From a virus: a DNA stretch of 64,000 nt. The position numbers and the translations under genes are program-made. The DNA lies in IMG/VR virus record IMGVR_UViG_3300047284_000228, positions 46,787 to 110,786 of that record. One strand, given 5' to 3'. This document shows positions 8,717-18,628 of this stretch, in pieces (the first letter of the stretch is position 1; each line of letters begins with the position of its first letter). Below the pieces are notes generated by a model that saw only the letters and a list, made by a program, of their open reading frames with translations, ran no database searches and was not told the DNA's origin.

Positions 8717-9889
8717 TTAGGTGAATGATGCGTTAGCGATTGTCACACGACCTAGGTAGTCAGCTGCGTTACCTAGAGATGATGCTGTGTTTGTCAACTC
8801 AACATATCCGTAACGTGTCATAAAGCTAACTACTGGCTCAAATGTGCTAGGATCTAGAACAACACCGCTGCTCATCAATGGAATGTATGGGCAGTAGAAT
8901 GCTGCTGCATCAGATTCGCTAGAACCTTTGTAGCCAACTAGAACTGTGTCATCATCAGCGTAGGTGTTGACATAGATCTTCATCGCGCTGTTCAATGTAC
9001 CAACAAACTTGGTGTTTGTAGGTGCTTCGAATGTGCCTTCTGTTGTTCTTGCGAACGCAGAAGTTGTAGCACTCTGAAGAATTGTCAATGCTGTTGGGCT
9101 AACAACTGCCCAATTACCAGCACCACGGCGTGTACGCTGAGCGATTGTGTTAGCAACGCGGTTGATAGCAACTGCTAGAGCTGCATGCTCGTCACCAACG
9201 AATGTAGCTGTACCGCTAACTGCTGCTTGGTCAAAAGCCACTGTGTTACCTGCACCAGAAGCTAGGGTAGCTAGGCTACGTAGAACTTCTTGGTCGATTT
9301 CAGCAGTGATCTCTTGTGCTAGAGCAGCCATGATTTCTGCTTCGATGTCAATGCCTTGTTGGGCTTGTGCATCTTGAGCAGCTTCAAATGTCCAGCGAGC
9401 TGACAACTTACGTGTCTTAGCTTCAACTGTTTGCTTCAAGATTTGAATGCTTAGTCTGTTACCAGCAACACCTTCTTTGGCAGCTGTCGCATCAGCTTTA
9501 CCATTAGCGTTACCAGAATAGCCTTCAGCGATCTTGAATGGGCTTAGTGCCTCTTCACCTGCACTAGCGGATCCGCCTGCAGAGCCTGTGAAAGCATCTG
9601 AATAGCGAACACGTAGAGTGTGAATTTGGCCAACTGGGCCTGTCATTGGTTGTACACCAACTAGTTCATTAGCAATGACTGTTGGCATTACACGTCTGAT
9701 CACAGGTAGGATCACACGATTTAGGGTTGCAACGTTACCGGCGGAAGTAGCACCAGCAGTGGCAGACTCTGCCAAATACTTGCGAGTATTTTCTAGAGTT
9801 GTTGCCATAACTGTACGCTTGTTACCTTGTAGGCCTTCTAATAGTGCCTCTTTAGTCTCCGACCAGCGTGACTCGAGTAGTTGTGACAT
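8717..9889 (-). CDS. gp23: Major capsid protein, T4 gp23-like
   Basis: VIRRVMPTVIANELVGVQPMTGPVGQI, KTRKLSARWTFEAAQD, FYCPYIPL and SFMTRYG are gp23 hallmarks. Confidence 0.97.
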   Translation of the reverse strand: MSQLLESRWSETKEALLEGLQGNKRTVMATTLENTRKYLAESATAGATSAGNVATLNRVILPVIRRVMPTVIANELVGVQPMTGPVGQIHTLRVRYSDAFTGSAGGSASAGEEALSPFKIAEGYSGNANGKADATAAKEGVAGNRLSIQILKQTVEAKTRKLSARWTFEAAQDAQAQQGIDIEAEIMAALAQEITAEIDQEVLRSLATLASGAGNTVAFDQAAVSGTATFVGDEHAALAVAINRVANTIAQRTRRGAGNWAVVSPTALTILQSATTSAFARTTEGTFEAPTNTKFVGTLNSAMKIYVNTYADDDTVLVGYKGSSESDAAAFYCPYIPLMSSGVVLDPSTFEPVVSFMTRYGYVELTNTASSLGNAADYLGRVTIANASFT

Positions 9890-9900
9890 TATAGTTCTCC

Positions 9901-10989
9901 TTAAACTTTTAGTCCCGCAAGCCTGCGGATGTCAAATATTTCAGCGGTTTTTTCTTCGCTGATAGGTTGTGCCTGCTTATCGCCTGTGATTTCTTTTGCC
10001 TCTGTGAGTGCTTTCTTTGCCGGTGCTCCACCATCCATGACGGCTGGTAAGTACTTGTCGAAAGCGCCGCGTAGTTTGTCAGTTTGAACGGATTCTAGTA
10101 ATTCTTTCATTACTGTACGCTTGTCGCCGGATAGTGGCCCTAGCAATTCGCTCATAACTTCCTTGCGAGCGGCTGTATCTTTGGCAATGCGTAATTCTTG
10201 TTCACGACTTTCAACTAATTTTTGTGTTTCTGCAACAACTTTGGCTGCTTCTTCTAATTCTGCTTCTTTGGCAGCTACTGCTTTTAACAGTTTAGCTGTT
10301 TCAGATTTTTCATTGAGATGACTTGCAGCATATTCGCTGGCGAAGCTTTCAAAAATCCTACGACCAAAATCATTTTTGCGAGCAGCATCAATGTCCTCGC
10401 GTAGCTGTGTCATTTCAGACTTCAGGCCCTTAGACACTGTTTCTTCAATGATTTTTGCTGAACGGGAGATAAAATCTTTCTTGATTTCTTCAAACTTAGC
10501 CTTGCTTTCGCGAACCAAACGAACTTTGGTTTCGGCTAGGTCTTTCTTGTCTGCGTGGAACTCTGCGATTTCCTTCGCTAGAGAATCTACGATGAAAGAT
10601 TCTAATTTTGTAACATTGCTGGCCACTGACTTACGATCATCGTGAAGTTCGCTGAGTTCTTTATGTAGATTTTTCATAACAAAAGATTCTAATACCTTAG
10701 AATCTTGAGATATCTTTTCTGCATAACGAGCTCTTGCATCAATAAGACTCTGACGATCTTCAGCTAGTTCTGATAGTTCTGCCTGTAGACGGTCTGCAAG
10801 CATTCCTTCTACAGCGTCAATCATAGCTGACTTGTCATGTTCGTATTTCTGCGCAAATTCTTCACGTAACTGAGCCGTAACTTGGTCACGATTTTCTTGG
10901 ATTCTAGCTTGCCAAGCGGATTCAATTTCCGATTTAATTTCTTCGGAAATCACATTGTTCTCAAACAGTTGTTTTACGATATCTAGCAT
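9901..10989 (-). CDS. gp22: Prohead core scaffolding protein, gp22-like
   Basis: Coiled-coil, Glu/Lys-rich; between protease and capsid genes; several L-x-E sites. Confidence 0.8.
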   Translation of the reverse strand: MLDIVKQLFENNVISEEIKSEIESAWQARIQENRDQVTAQLREEFAQKYEHDKSAMIDAVEGMLADRLQAELSELAEDRQSLIDARARYAEKISQDSKVLESFVMKNLHKELSELHDDRKSVASNVTKLESFIVDSLAKEIAEFHADKKDLAETKVRLVRESKAKFEEIKKDFISRSAKIIEETVSKGLKSEMTQLREDIDAARKNDFGRRIFESFASEYAASHLNEKSETAKLLKAVAAKEAELEEAAKVVAETQKLVESREQELRIAKDTAARKEVMSELLGPLSGDKRTVMKELLESVQTDKLRGAFDKYLPAVMDGGAPAKKALTEAKEITGDKQAQPISEEKTAEIFDIRRLAGLKV

Positions 10990-11006
10990 GTGATTCTCCT
11001 ACTTGG

Positions 11007-11636
11007 TTATTTGAGCCCTCTGATGATTTTCACCAGATTCTCTGCTAAGTATTTCTGAGCCTTTGGATCGCCTTGAACTTCTTGTGCTATTTTAAATGCC
11101 TGATATCCACCTGTGTTATTCATAAGGTGTTCATAAACTGGGGTTGGGTATGCTCCCGGGGCGGAAGGTTGCGCTACAATGTCAACTGTGATAATTTCAA
11201 AACCTTGAACATTGCCACCTGAATCCACTTCACCGGAACCTCTACTACTTACACCCAACTTAACTCCCGACGTGAGCATAGTTTCAATTAACTTGCCCAT
11301 AGGTGTCGGGAGGATTTTAAGTTTTCCGTAGCCGTTAGGACCATCCATCCACATCTTGGTAATCATGTGTGAAACACGATCAAGATTGATTTTTAAATCC
11401 TGCGGGTGATCAACTTCTCCTAGAACGGAGTATCCGCCAGCGATCTGTTCATTGAGCGTTTTGACAGCCCTGCCAATTTCTTGAGAAGAATAAACACGCT
11501 GGTTCTGATTACGGATATCTCCTTGGATGCAGATACCGTTCAGATGCAGCGATTTTTTATCGCCTTCACCTTCGCTCTCTAATACAATCTTGGCCTGGTC
11601 GAAACTCAAATGTTCTGATAGGTAGTTTTTCACCAT
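11007..11636 (-). CDS. gp21: Prohead maturation protease, gp21-like (S77/S80)
   Basis: NQNQRVY, LGEVDHP, GVSSRGSG and DIVAQPSAPGAYP motifs. Confidence 0.95.
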   Translation of the reverse strand: MVKNYLSEHLSFDQAKIVLESEGEGDKKSLHLNGICIQGDIRNQNQRVYSSQEIGRAVKTLNEQIAGGYSVLGEVDHPQDLKINLDRVSHMITKMWMDGPNGYGKLKILPTPMGKLIETMLTSGVKLGVSSRGSGEVDSGGNVQGFEIITVDIVAQPSAPGAYPTPVYEHLMNNTGGYQAFKIAQEVQGDPKAQKYLAENLVKIIRGLK

Positions 11637-11645
11637 TAAGTCCTA

Positions 11646-12563
11646 TTATCTACGACCACGGAAAAGACTTGCGGTATCGGTCTTGCCTGCACTACCGCCT
11701 GCTCCAGAAAACTTGCCTTCGGCTTCGCCTTTCTTTTCAGCGCCATGGCCTGGCTCTTTCTTAGAGAAAGCACTGCCTGCTTTGCCGCCTGGAACATTGA
11801 TATTACCTGCGTTATCTTCTTTTGGGGTTCCTTTTAGCAATCCAGAACCTTTTAATTGTCCTTGGTTAGCTAGAACACCTGCTTCTTCTTTGCTGCCTAG
11901 AATGTTTGCTGCGGTACCGCCCATGTCGTTCTTACCAGCTACGATGCTCTTAGCATTTAGGCTTGGTTTGTCACCTTGTGCGCCAGTTCCTACTAGAGAA
12001 CCTTCGCCTGCGCCTTTCTTTTCGGCGCCATGACCGCCTGCAACTTTTTCTACGTATTCACGAACTGTTTCTAAGTCCATGTCGTCTTTCATTTCTTCTT
12101 CGCCGCCCATGTCGTCGCCCATGTCGCCGCCTTTGAGTTCATCAAACTTAGCTTGTAGTTCGTCAACGATAGCGTCTAAGTCTTGGAAAAGTTCTTCTTC
12201 AGACTTTTCACCTTCTTCGCCTTCTTCTTCGTCTCCCATGTCTAGTTCACTTTCTAGATCATCGGTTGGGTCGCCGCCCATTTCATCATCGGCTTCAATA
12301 GCGATATCATCGAAACCTTCTTCCATATCTTCGTCGTCTTCGCTTTCAGATGCTTCGTCGACTTTTTCGTCTTCAGCTTCTTCGTCTTCAGCTGCTTCAT
12401 CAACTTCTTCGTCCTCTTCGTCGGACATTTCTGCTTCGATCAAACCTTCGTAGATTTCGCGTGATTTTGCAACTACATATTCGTGGAATAATTCTTCTGC
12501 TTTGGCCTGATTATCGTTAACCAGGTTCTCGAGCATTTGCTCAAGTAATGATTTATCTGCCAT
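11646..12563 (-). CDS. Highly acidic prohead core protein (gp67-like role)
   Basis: Asp/Glu-rich N-half and Gly/Lys-rich C-half; located between portal and protease; AAGGAG SD. Confidence 0.65.
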   Translation of the reverse strand: MADKSLLEQMLENLVNDNQAKAEELFHEYVVAKSREIYEGLIEAEMSDEEDEEVDEAAEDEEAEDEKVDEASESEDDEDMEEGFDDIAIEADDEMGGDPTDDLESELDMGDEEEGEEGEKSEEELFQDLDAIVDELQAKFDELKGGDMGDDMGGEEEMKDDMDLETVREYVEKVAGGHGAEKKGAGEGSLVGTGAQGDKPSLNAKSIVAGKNDMGGTAANILGSKEEAGVLANQGQLKGSGLLKGTPKEDNAGNINVPGGKAGSAFSKKEPGHGAEKKGEAEGKFSGAGGSAGKTDTASLFRGRR

Positions 12564-12598
12564 GTTGTATTCTCCTTCAAGATGGTTAGGCTGTGAGT

Positions 12599-12604
12599 TA
12601 TTTA
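12599..12604 (-). promoter_or_regulatory. Late promoter motif TAAATA driving the core/protease/scaffold/capsid operon
   Basis: Intergenic TAAATA upstream of 12563. Confidence 0.65.
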
Positions 12605-12626
12605 CTACACTTTTATTAAAAAGGTG

Positions 12627-13295
12627 TTAAATGGTACTTTTTTGAAGATTTTCCGTTTTGTAAATACAACCCGGATAAATTTTTTCAAAATCTTCATAGT
12701 TCATGTGTTTGAGATTTCTATGATGAGGTCCTAGCTGATCAGGAATAAATGCATCTCCCTGTATGACCCGTACAAAATTAATATTCTTATGATCTCGTAT
12801 GGTTCTTTCTGTTTGTGTCAGCCAGTTTCCGTGAAATGTTGCAGGATCTGTGCTTTTTTTATAGTTAAAAGTATTGGCGTATACATTGTTAAATCTGCCG
12901 TTGATCCCTGCATAATCAAAGCCAAATATATAAATTTCGCGGTGCCCGTGGTCGCAAGCCAAGGAAAGAGCGGTAGGACCCGAACTCCATCCTTTATGTG
13001 GATTAAAGAAGTTTACATGGTGCTTGGTAGACACACCTTTGTTAGGATTTGTCCAAACTGAACAACGTTTATGATAGCCGCTGGCTATGATTTCGTTGAC
13101 CATTTTCACGTCTACAGCTATCAAATAGTGGGGCTCAAACTCTCTATACATGGCATTACATGCATAGACAGTACCTTTGTCTAGGAGATTTTTGTGATTT
13201 AACTGTAGTCTACTAGTGCCGTTACCTAGTACGAATGCGGTGTTATTCGGCTGTTTGCTGTGCTTCAACTGGAGTTCCGTACATTTGTTTAACAA
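12627..13295 (-). CDS. MptE/Maf (DUF115)-like Rossmann-fold protein, putative glycosyltransferase; start uncertain
   Basis: AFVLGNGTSR, VYACNA, LIAVD, WSSGPTA and IYIFGFDY motifs typical of the Maf/sialyltransferase-like fold. Confidence 0.65.
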   Translation of the reverse strand: MLNKCTELQLKHSKQPNNTAFVLGNGTSRLQLNHKNLLDKGTVYACNAMYREFEPHYLIAVDVKMVNEIIASGYHKRCSVWTNPNKGVSTKHHVNFFNPHKGWSSGPTALSLACDHGHREIYIFGFDYAGINGRFNNVYANTFNYKKSTDPATFHGNWLTQTERTIRDHKNINFVRVIQGDAFIPDQLGPHHRNLKHMNYEDFEKIYPGCIYKTENLQKSTI

Positions 13296-13491
13296 ATTCC
13301 AGCTCTGAATCTCGCTCGTATTCGTGGGCTTCGCTTTGCATTCTCAGTTGATTTATTTGTCTAAGTGTTAGACGAATCTTTCTTGTATCGCTTTTTTCAA
13401 TCACAGATTTGTCCTTGCTGTTGTCGTAGCGACGATCCACAGCAAAATCATTGTTGTTGTCATTGAAATAAAGGAATTCAAGTAGAAGCAT
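13243..13491 (-). CDS. Small conserved-looking head-module protein
   Basis: DTRKIRLTLRQINQLR..VKQMYG; directly downstream of the portal gene; TAAATA 4 nt upstream. Confidence 0.7.
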   Translation of the reverse strand: MLLLEFLYFNDNNNDFAVDRRYDNSKDKSVIEKSDTRKIRLTLRQINQLRMQSEAHEYERDSELEFVKQMYGTPVEAQQTAE

Positions 13492-13495
13492 AGTG

Positions 13496-13501
13496 TATTT
13501 A
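13496..13501 (-). promoter_or_regulatory. Late promoter motif TAAATA
   Basis: 4 nt before ATG 13491. Confidence 0.55.
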
Positions 13502-15202
13502 TTATTGTGCGGGTTCTTGAGCCGGAGCTGCCTCGGCGCCTGCTTCTGCGCCTGCTTCTGGCGCTTCTACTGGTGCTTCGGCGGTTTGTGTAGCAGCTTC
13601 TGCACCTAGTCCTGCAGGACTTACGCCAATACTTCTCATTTGGCTAGCTGCATCTAAAGAAGGCTTAAGATTTGAACCGTTCTCTTCTCTCCAGAGGCGT
13701 TCGTTTTCTTTGATTTCTTCTTCAGTTAGACCTAGGAATCGTTTTAGAGCGAATCGTTTGCTGAGGTGTGCGATTTCTTGCAGTTGTGCAAAGGTAGCTG
13801 CCCTAGCTGTATCTAGTTCTGATTGTCTGTATGCTGCAAAATTCTGTGGAGGATTAAACTTTAATTCAAACAAACTAAAATCTATATTAATACCGTTGTT
13901 GTTCAACCAAAGTTTAAATTCTTGATCAAAAGTTTCTACGATCATCGACTGTAGTCGCTCACAGTACTTGTTAAAACGTAACTCTTGTATGTAGGCAGTA
14001 CCTACTTTGCCATCTGATACAGTATTAGCCTGTTCATCTATGGCTGTAGGAAGATATGAAGCAGGTATGCGCAAAGCCCTAAACAATTTGTTAGTAAAAT
14101 AACGAAGATCTGTAATTTCTCCAAGATTCGTACCTCCGGGTAAGGTTTCTACTTTACTGCCACGGCCTTCTGCTGTCTGCGGAAAGAAGTAATCTTCTGA
14201 AACGCTTAATGGATTATAACTAGCATCAACCATGTTTTGGCCGCCGCCGGTCGAGCTAGGAATTCTACGTTGATGGATTTCATTTTTAACACGCTCGACA
14301 AATGCCATGGCCATGTGCGCAGGCATGTTACCTACGTCAACATAGAAAATCCTACGTTCTGGAGCACGTTGAATACGATAGATAATGATAGCATCTTCAA
14401 GTAGTTCTTTCTGCTTGTAGACCTTGAACACTGATTCTAGCAACGAATTACCAAAAGGATAGTTGTTGTCTAGGCCCTCTGAAAGACTGATATGCACGAT
14501 ATTTTTTGCATCTACGGCTATTTCGTTAGTGCCGTTTTGGAATCTCGTTCCTGGTGGTCGTGCAGCATCACCGACCATACCGCGACCAAATCCACCGCCT
14601 GTGGTATATGAGCTAGTTCCGCTAGGTGCAGTGTTTGTGGTGTTATGAGGTGTTGTGGCTATAAGGTCTTTGAAATTAAAGTTGATATCTTTGATCACAT
14701 ACTGCTCAGGAACCTTACCTTCCGATTCATTAACGATAATTTTAGTCACTTTTGAAGCATCTACGAACAACCACTTCATAGTCTGCGGATCTTTGACAAA
14801 GAAACAATCGCCATACTTGAATGCATTTCTAACTATGCGGAATATTCTAGTTTCGAACTGCTGTTGTTTACTCCACTTCTGTAGACTTTCTTTTAGAAGT
14901 TTAGTTTCAGTGGATGTTGGTTGTCCTCTGAAAAATAAATGGAACGCTGTGCTATTTTCTTTGTCTTTCTGTGTGCAGAATTCGGTTAAGATATCTAGGG
15001 CAGCATTGACTTCCGAGTCCATGTCCATAGTATCGTACTGCATATAACGCTCAACACGATTTGGTGCGCCGGCATATACATCGGGCAAGAAACTTGAATA
15101 ATTAGCTCGAGCCGGTCCTGGACGTCCTCCGTTACCTACAGGACTATAGGAAGATTTTTGGTTATCTAAATTAACAGGAGTAAAATATTTTTTCCAAGAC
15201 AT
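13502..15202 (-). CDS. gp20: Portal vertex protein, T4 gp20-like
   Basis: LEDAIIIYRIQRAPERRIFYVDVGNMP, EDYFFPQTAEGRGSKVETLPGG and YFTNKLFRALRIP motifs. Confidence 0.97.
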   Translation of the reverse strand: MSWKKYFTPVNLDNQKSSYSPVGNGGRPGPARANYSSFLPDVYAGAPNRVERYMQYDTMDMDSEVNAALDILTEFCTQKDKENSTAFHLFFRGQPTSTETKLLKESLQKWSKQQQFETRIFRIVRNAFKYGDCFFVKDPQTMKWLFVDASKVTKIIVNESEGKVPEQYVIKDINFNFKDLIATTPHNTTNTAPSGTSSYTTGGGFGRGMVGDAARPPGTRFQNGTNEIAVDAKNIVHISLSEGLDNNYPFGNSLLESVFKVYKQKELLEDAIIIYRIQRAPERRIFYVDVGNMPAHMAMAFVERVKNEIHQRRIPSSTGGGQNMVDASYNPLSVSEDYFFPQTAEGRGSKVETLPGGTNLGEITDLRYFTNKLFRALRIPASYLPTAIDEQANTVSDGKVGTAYIQELRFNKYCERLQSMIVETFDQEFKLWLNNNGINIDFSLFELKFNPPQNFAAYRQSELDTARAATFAQLQEIAHLSKRFALKRFLGLTEEEIKENERLWREENGSNLKPSLDAASQMRSIGVSPAGLGAEAATQTAEAPVEAPEAGAEAGAEAAPAQEPAQ

Positions 15203-15215
15203 TAATTAATTTCCC

Positions 15216-18200
15216 TTAAGCAGCACTATAAAGGTCACCGCTTTGAGCTATGTTTCGTTGAACAGATAGTTGGCGTTCGTTAACTTCATTGACACGACGT
15301 GTTAAAGAAATCAAAGTATCCATCTTAGTATTTAACGCAGATAGCAGTCCCGCAGGGGTATCTTGGCTTCCAACCGTGCCTGTTCCTGGTACTGCTTTTC
15401 CTTCACGTCTAATCCTTTCCTGTTCAGCTGCCACTGTATCTGCTGGTTTATTTTGGGCTAGAGCTGTTTGTGTGGTAGTAGCAGCCGGTGTAGTTGTTGT
15501 TGCCGGTGTTCTAACTTGAGCCAATGCCTGCGATGCATCCGGAGCCACAGGAGCTCCTGCTATGCCTGCCATTTGAGTAGAAAACTTATCAACTTTGGCA
15601 GAAATTTCTGCACCGATGGCTCCTTTCTTTCTAATGTCTCCACCTGCGATCTGACTTGTAGCTAATAGATTAGCCTGCTCTTGGGTCATGTTAGCGGTGT
15701 TTATACCTAGCTTGCTGGCCATACTAGTTTGGCCTTTTTTCATATACCAAGCCGATACCTGTGCTGCAACTTCTGGATTGTTGACTAGATCTGGATTCTG
15801 TACCAATCTATCGTCACCATAGATAGCTTTTGATGCCGCAGCATAATTGTTTTTGCCTGTGAGTTGAATAAAACCTCGTCCGCGGAATTTGAAGCCATCT
15901 CCGGGCTCAGTGTTGCCCATTTGTTGGCCTAGTTTAGTACCGGCACCATACATCATTTCGCCCATCTTTGATGGATCTTTTTTGATTGCATCTAGTTCTG
16001 CATCGGTTTTTCCTGCGGCTCTCGAACCAAAAATCTTTCTGATACGATCATTAGAGGTACCGCCATAATTCATGTTCTCAGAAATACTCTTGCCGCCAGT
16101 TTCCTTCATAACGTTGCCCAATGTAGCAGCGATATATTTTGGATCTGTGATGCCTTGTTTAATTAGGGCAGCTTTGACCAATTCCATGTTTTTCTTTTGG
16201 TCTTGGTTTACAGGCGGTGGTGCAGTAGATGTGCCAGTTACGGGCGCAGTAGTTGTAGTTCCTGGCTGCTGTTGTTGTTGTGCTTGACCTTCCATTCTCT
16301 TCTTCATGCTGTCAAACATTTTTTGAGGAGAACTAAAATCAATAGGTGGTGGAGCAGCAGCGGCAGCGGCTGCATTGGCTTCGTTCGCACTAGCGGCACT
16401 TGCTCCAGCTTTAGCTTCTTGTGCTTTTTGTTCAGTTAATTTTTTACTGGCTTCAAGCTCTTTTTCTTTTTGTTCTTTGAGAGCTTTTTCTTGTTTATAT
16501 TTGTCACCAGCTTCTTTTCTACGTTGATCTCTAGCTTTTTCTTTTTCGTCTAATTCAGTCTGCTCTTCTTTGATTCGATCTCGCATGGCTTTGATAGTAT
16601 CACCGCCGCCAAAAAACTTAGCAACTTTTTCTGCTATAGCTAACCATATATCTGTATAGAACAGTGCAAAGCGTTTTAGATTATCTCCTATGGCTTCAAA
16701 TACATCACTGAACGACCATCCTGCTTCTTTGACCTTATCTGAAATCCATTGGAATCCTTTATACAGAGCCCAACCTGCTGCGACCAATGCTAGTATAGGC
16801 AGAGCTACTGCCAGTGCTGCACCCGCCATTGCTGCTAATGGAGCTAGTGAAGCTGTAACTCCTAGAGTTTGCAGTGCTTGGACAACGTTATGTGCAAATA
16901 TAGCTGCTTTTAATATAGCAAATAGAGCTATCAATGGTGTTGCTACTAGCACGATCGTTTCAAAATTACGTGCCATCCACTGGAATGCTGGTACAACATA
17001 ACTTATTGTAAAATCCGTAAGCATGGTAAATGCCTGCATCATCGTATCAAGTAGACCGCTAGTGGCTAAGAATTTTGTAAACGTGTTACTAGTCTGGGCG
17101 ATCTTTTCTTGATATTCTTTTAATTTCGCAGGATCTAAACCTTCAGCCTGTAATTGTTTTTCTTTAGCAGCTCTTTCTGCGGCAGCTTTTTGTTGTTCTG
17201 CCTGTACCTGGCCTAGAGTTTTTTGATTAGCTGCGGCATCCATAGCACCTACATAGAAACGCTTACTGGCTTCGTCCCCATATAGCGCCATGTTTTCTGC
17301 TACGCCAGATTTGGTAAAATTAGTTACTTCTTGTTTATAAGCTGCATTGATCCTTGCTGCTTGATCTGCTCCCATCTTACCCGTGGTACGGATCTGTTGG
17401 TTCAACTGCATCATATTACGGGCAGATTCTGGTAAGAAAGCCAGAGCTTTCTTACCTGCTTCAGATGTTGCTGTACCTGTAGCAATAATTTCTTTCATGC
17501 CTTCCTGATGTTCAGCAGGTATACTGTCCATTAGGTTCTGCAAGTTTCGTTGACTGTCAGCGTCTAACTTGCTCATGATGTTTCTAAACTGAGAGTCTTT
17601 TAATCTTGCTTCTCTTTCTTTTTCTAGATCTGCACGATTCTTACCGGTGAGCTTAGTAAGTGCATCTAAGTCTTGTAGGTACGCTCCGGTCTGTGCTACC
17701 AGTTGAGAATTACTCATCCCTTGTAGTTTACCTGTAGCGGCCAGCTGAGCAGAATACTTGGCGAATCCTTCATTAATCTGCTCTGTACTATAACCCATCC
17801 TAGCTAGATCATTGCCCAGCGGTGAGTTCTTGATGGTTTTTCCTAGCTGTGCTAATCTCTTAGCACCTTCTTCCGATGTACCACCTAGCAGAGCCAGCTG
17901 TTGGCCATTCCTAGCGATGATCCCAGAGAATTGTTCAAATGTTAGACCTGCTGCGGTAGCAGAATCTATCATTGTAACAATGCTGCCACCAAAGTTCGCA
18001 CCTACGCTGGCACTTTGTTGAAAGGCCTTGTAGGTTTTTTCTGCTGCGCCAGCTACCGCACCAAACACTCCTGCTAGCACACCCCCGACTATAGGGATAT
18101 TGTTCATGGTCTGTGCAGCAGCACTCATGCTGTTGCCAGTATTGGCTAATGCAGACATGAGATTTGTCATGCCTAGAGCAACACCAGATACTGCCGAACC

Positions 18201-18560
18201 TAGAGTAGCTAGGCTGCTCATTGTCTGCTGCATCTGCTTCAGTTCTTTAGCAGAAAACAGACCTTTCTTTTTCTCGTGTTCTAGAGCTTTTTTCTTTTCT
18301 TCAGTTTCGTCGCGTTGAGCTTTTTGTAACGCCTCGGATTCTTCTTTTTGTTTTTTACTGGCTTTGGCTAGTCTTTCTAATTCTTTTTCTAGCTCTTTGA
18401 GAGTCTTTGGATCCATTCCGCCGGCGCCGGCCTTGCCTTGCTTGGCCATGGCCGCAGTTTGCGCCAGCATAGCAGCCAAAATCTGCTTGAGCGTGATTTC
18501 AGTTGCTGCATTATTGAGCTGTATTGGTTGCCCGCCGAGATCGCCAGTTACGTCTGCCAT
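15216..18560 (-). CDS. Tape measure protein with C-terminal GH19 (chitinase/lysozyme-like) domain
   Basis: 1114 aa, Ala/Gln-rich helical, hydrophobic segments mid-protein; ENMNY..GDGFKFRGRGFIQLTGKNNY..NPDLV GH19 signature. Confidence 0.85.
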   Translation of the reverse strand: MADVTGDLGGQPIQLNNAATEITLKQILAAMLAQTAAMAKQGKAGAGGMDPKTLKELEKELERLAKASKKQKEESEALQKAQRDETEEKKKALEHEKKKGLFSAKELKQMQQTMSSLATLGSAVSGVALGMTNLMSALANTGNSMSAAAQTMNNIPIVGGVLAGVFGAVAGAAEKTYKAFQQSASVGANFGGSIVTMIDSATAAGLTFEQFSGIIARNGQQLALLGGTSEEGAKRLAQLGKTIKNSPLGNDLARMGYSTEQINEGFAKYSAQLAATGKLQGMSNSQLVAQTGAYLQDLDALTKLTGKNRADLEKEREARLKDSQFRNIMSKLDADSQRNLQNLMDSIPAEHQEGMKEIIATGTATSEAGKKALAFLPESARNMMQLNQQIRTTGKMGADQAARINAAYKQEVTNFTKSGVAENMALYGDEASKRFYVGAMDAAANQKTLGQVQAEQQKAAAERAAKEKQLQAEGLDPAKLKEYQEKIAQTSNTFTKFLATSGLLDTMMQAFTMLTDFTISYVVPAFQWMARNFETIVLVATPLIALFAILKAAIFAHNVVQALQTLGVTASLAPLAAMAGAALAVALPILALVAAGWALYKGFQWISDKVKEAGWSFSDVFEAIGDNLKRFALFYTDIWLAIAEKVAKFFGGGDTIKAMRDRIKEEQTELDEKEKARDQRRKEAGDKYKQEKALKEQKEKELEASKKLTEQKAQEAKAGASAASANEANAAAAAAAPPPIDFSSPQKMFDSMKKRMEGQAQQQQQPGTTTTAPVTGTSTAPPPVNQDQKKNMELVKAALIKQGITDPKYIAATLGNVMKETGGKSISENMNYGGTSNDRIRKIFGSRAAGKTDAELDAIKKDPSKMGEMMYGAGTKLGQQMGNTEPGDGFKFRGRGFIQLTGKNNYAAASKAIYGDDRLVQNPDLVNNPEVAAQVSAWYMKKGQTSMASKLGINTANMTQEQANLLATSQIAGGDIRKKGAIGAEISAKVDKFSTQMAGIAGAPVAPDASQALAQVRTPATTTTPAATTTQTALAQNKPADTVAAEQERIRREGKAVPGTGTVGSQDTPAGLLSALNTKMDTLISLTRRVNEVNERQLSVQRNIAQSGDLYSAA

Positions 18561-18586
18561 TTAGTAAAATCCATGAAAACTGCGCA

Positions 18587-18617
18587 TATAAATATATGAG
18601 TAGATAAATTATTTATC
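18587..18617. promoter_or_regulatory. Late promoter pair: TATAAATA (+, 18587-18594) and GATAAATA (-, 18610-18617)
   Basis: Exact T4 late consensus upstream of 18629; a variant on the - strand upstream of the tape measure gene. Confidence 0.65.
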
Positions 18618-18628
18618 GGGGAAAAAAT

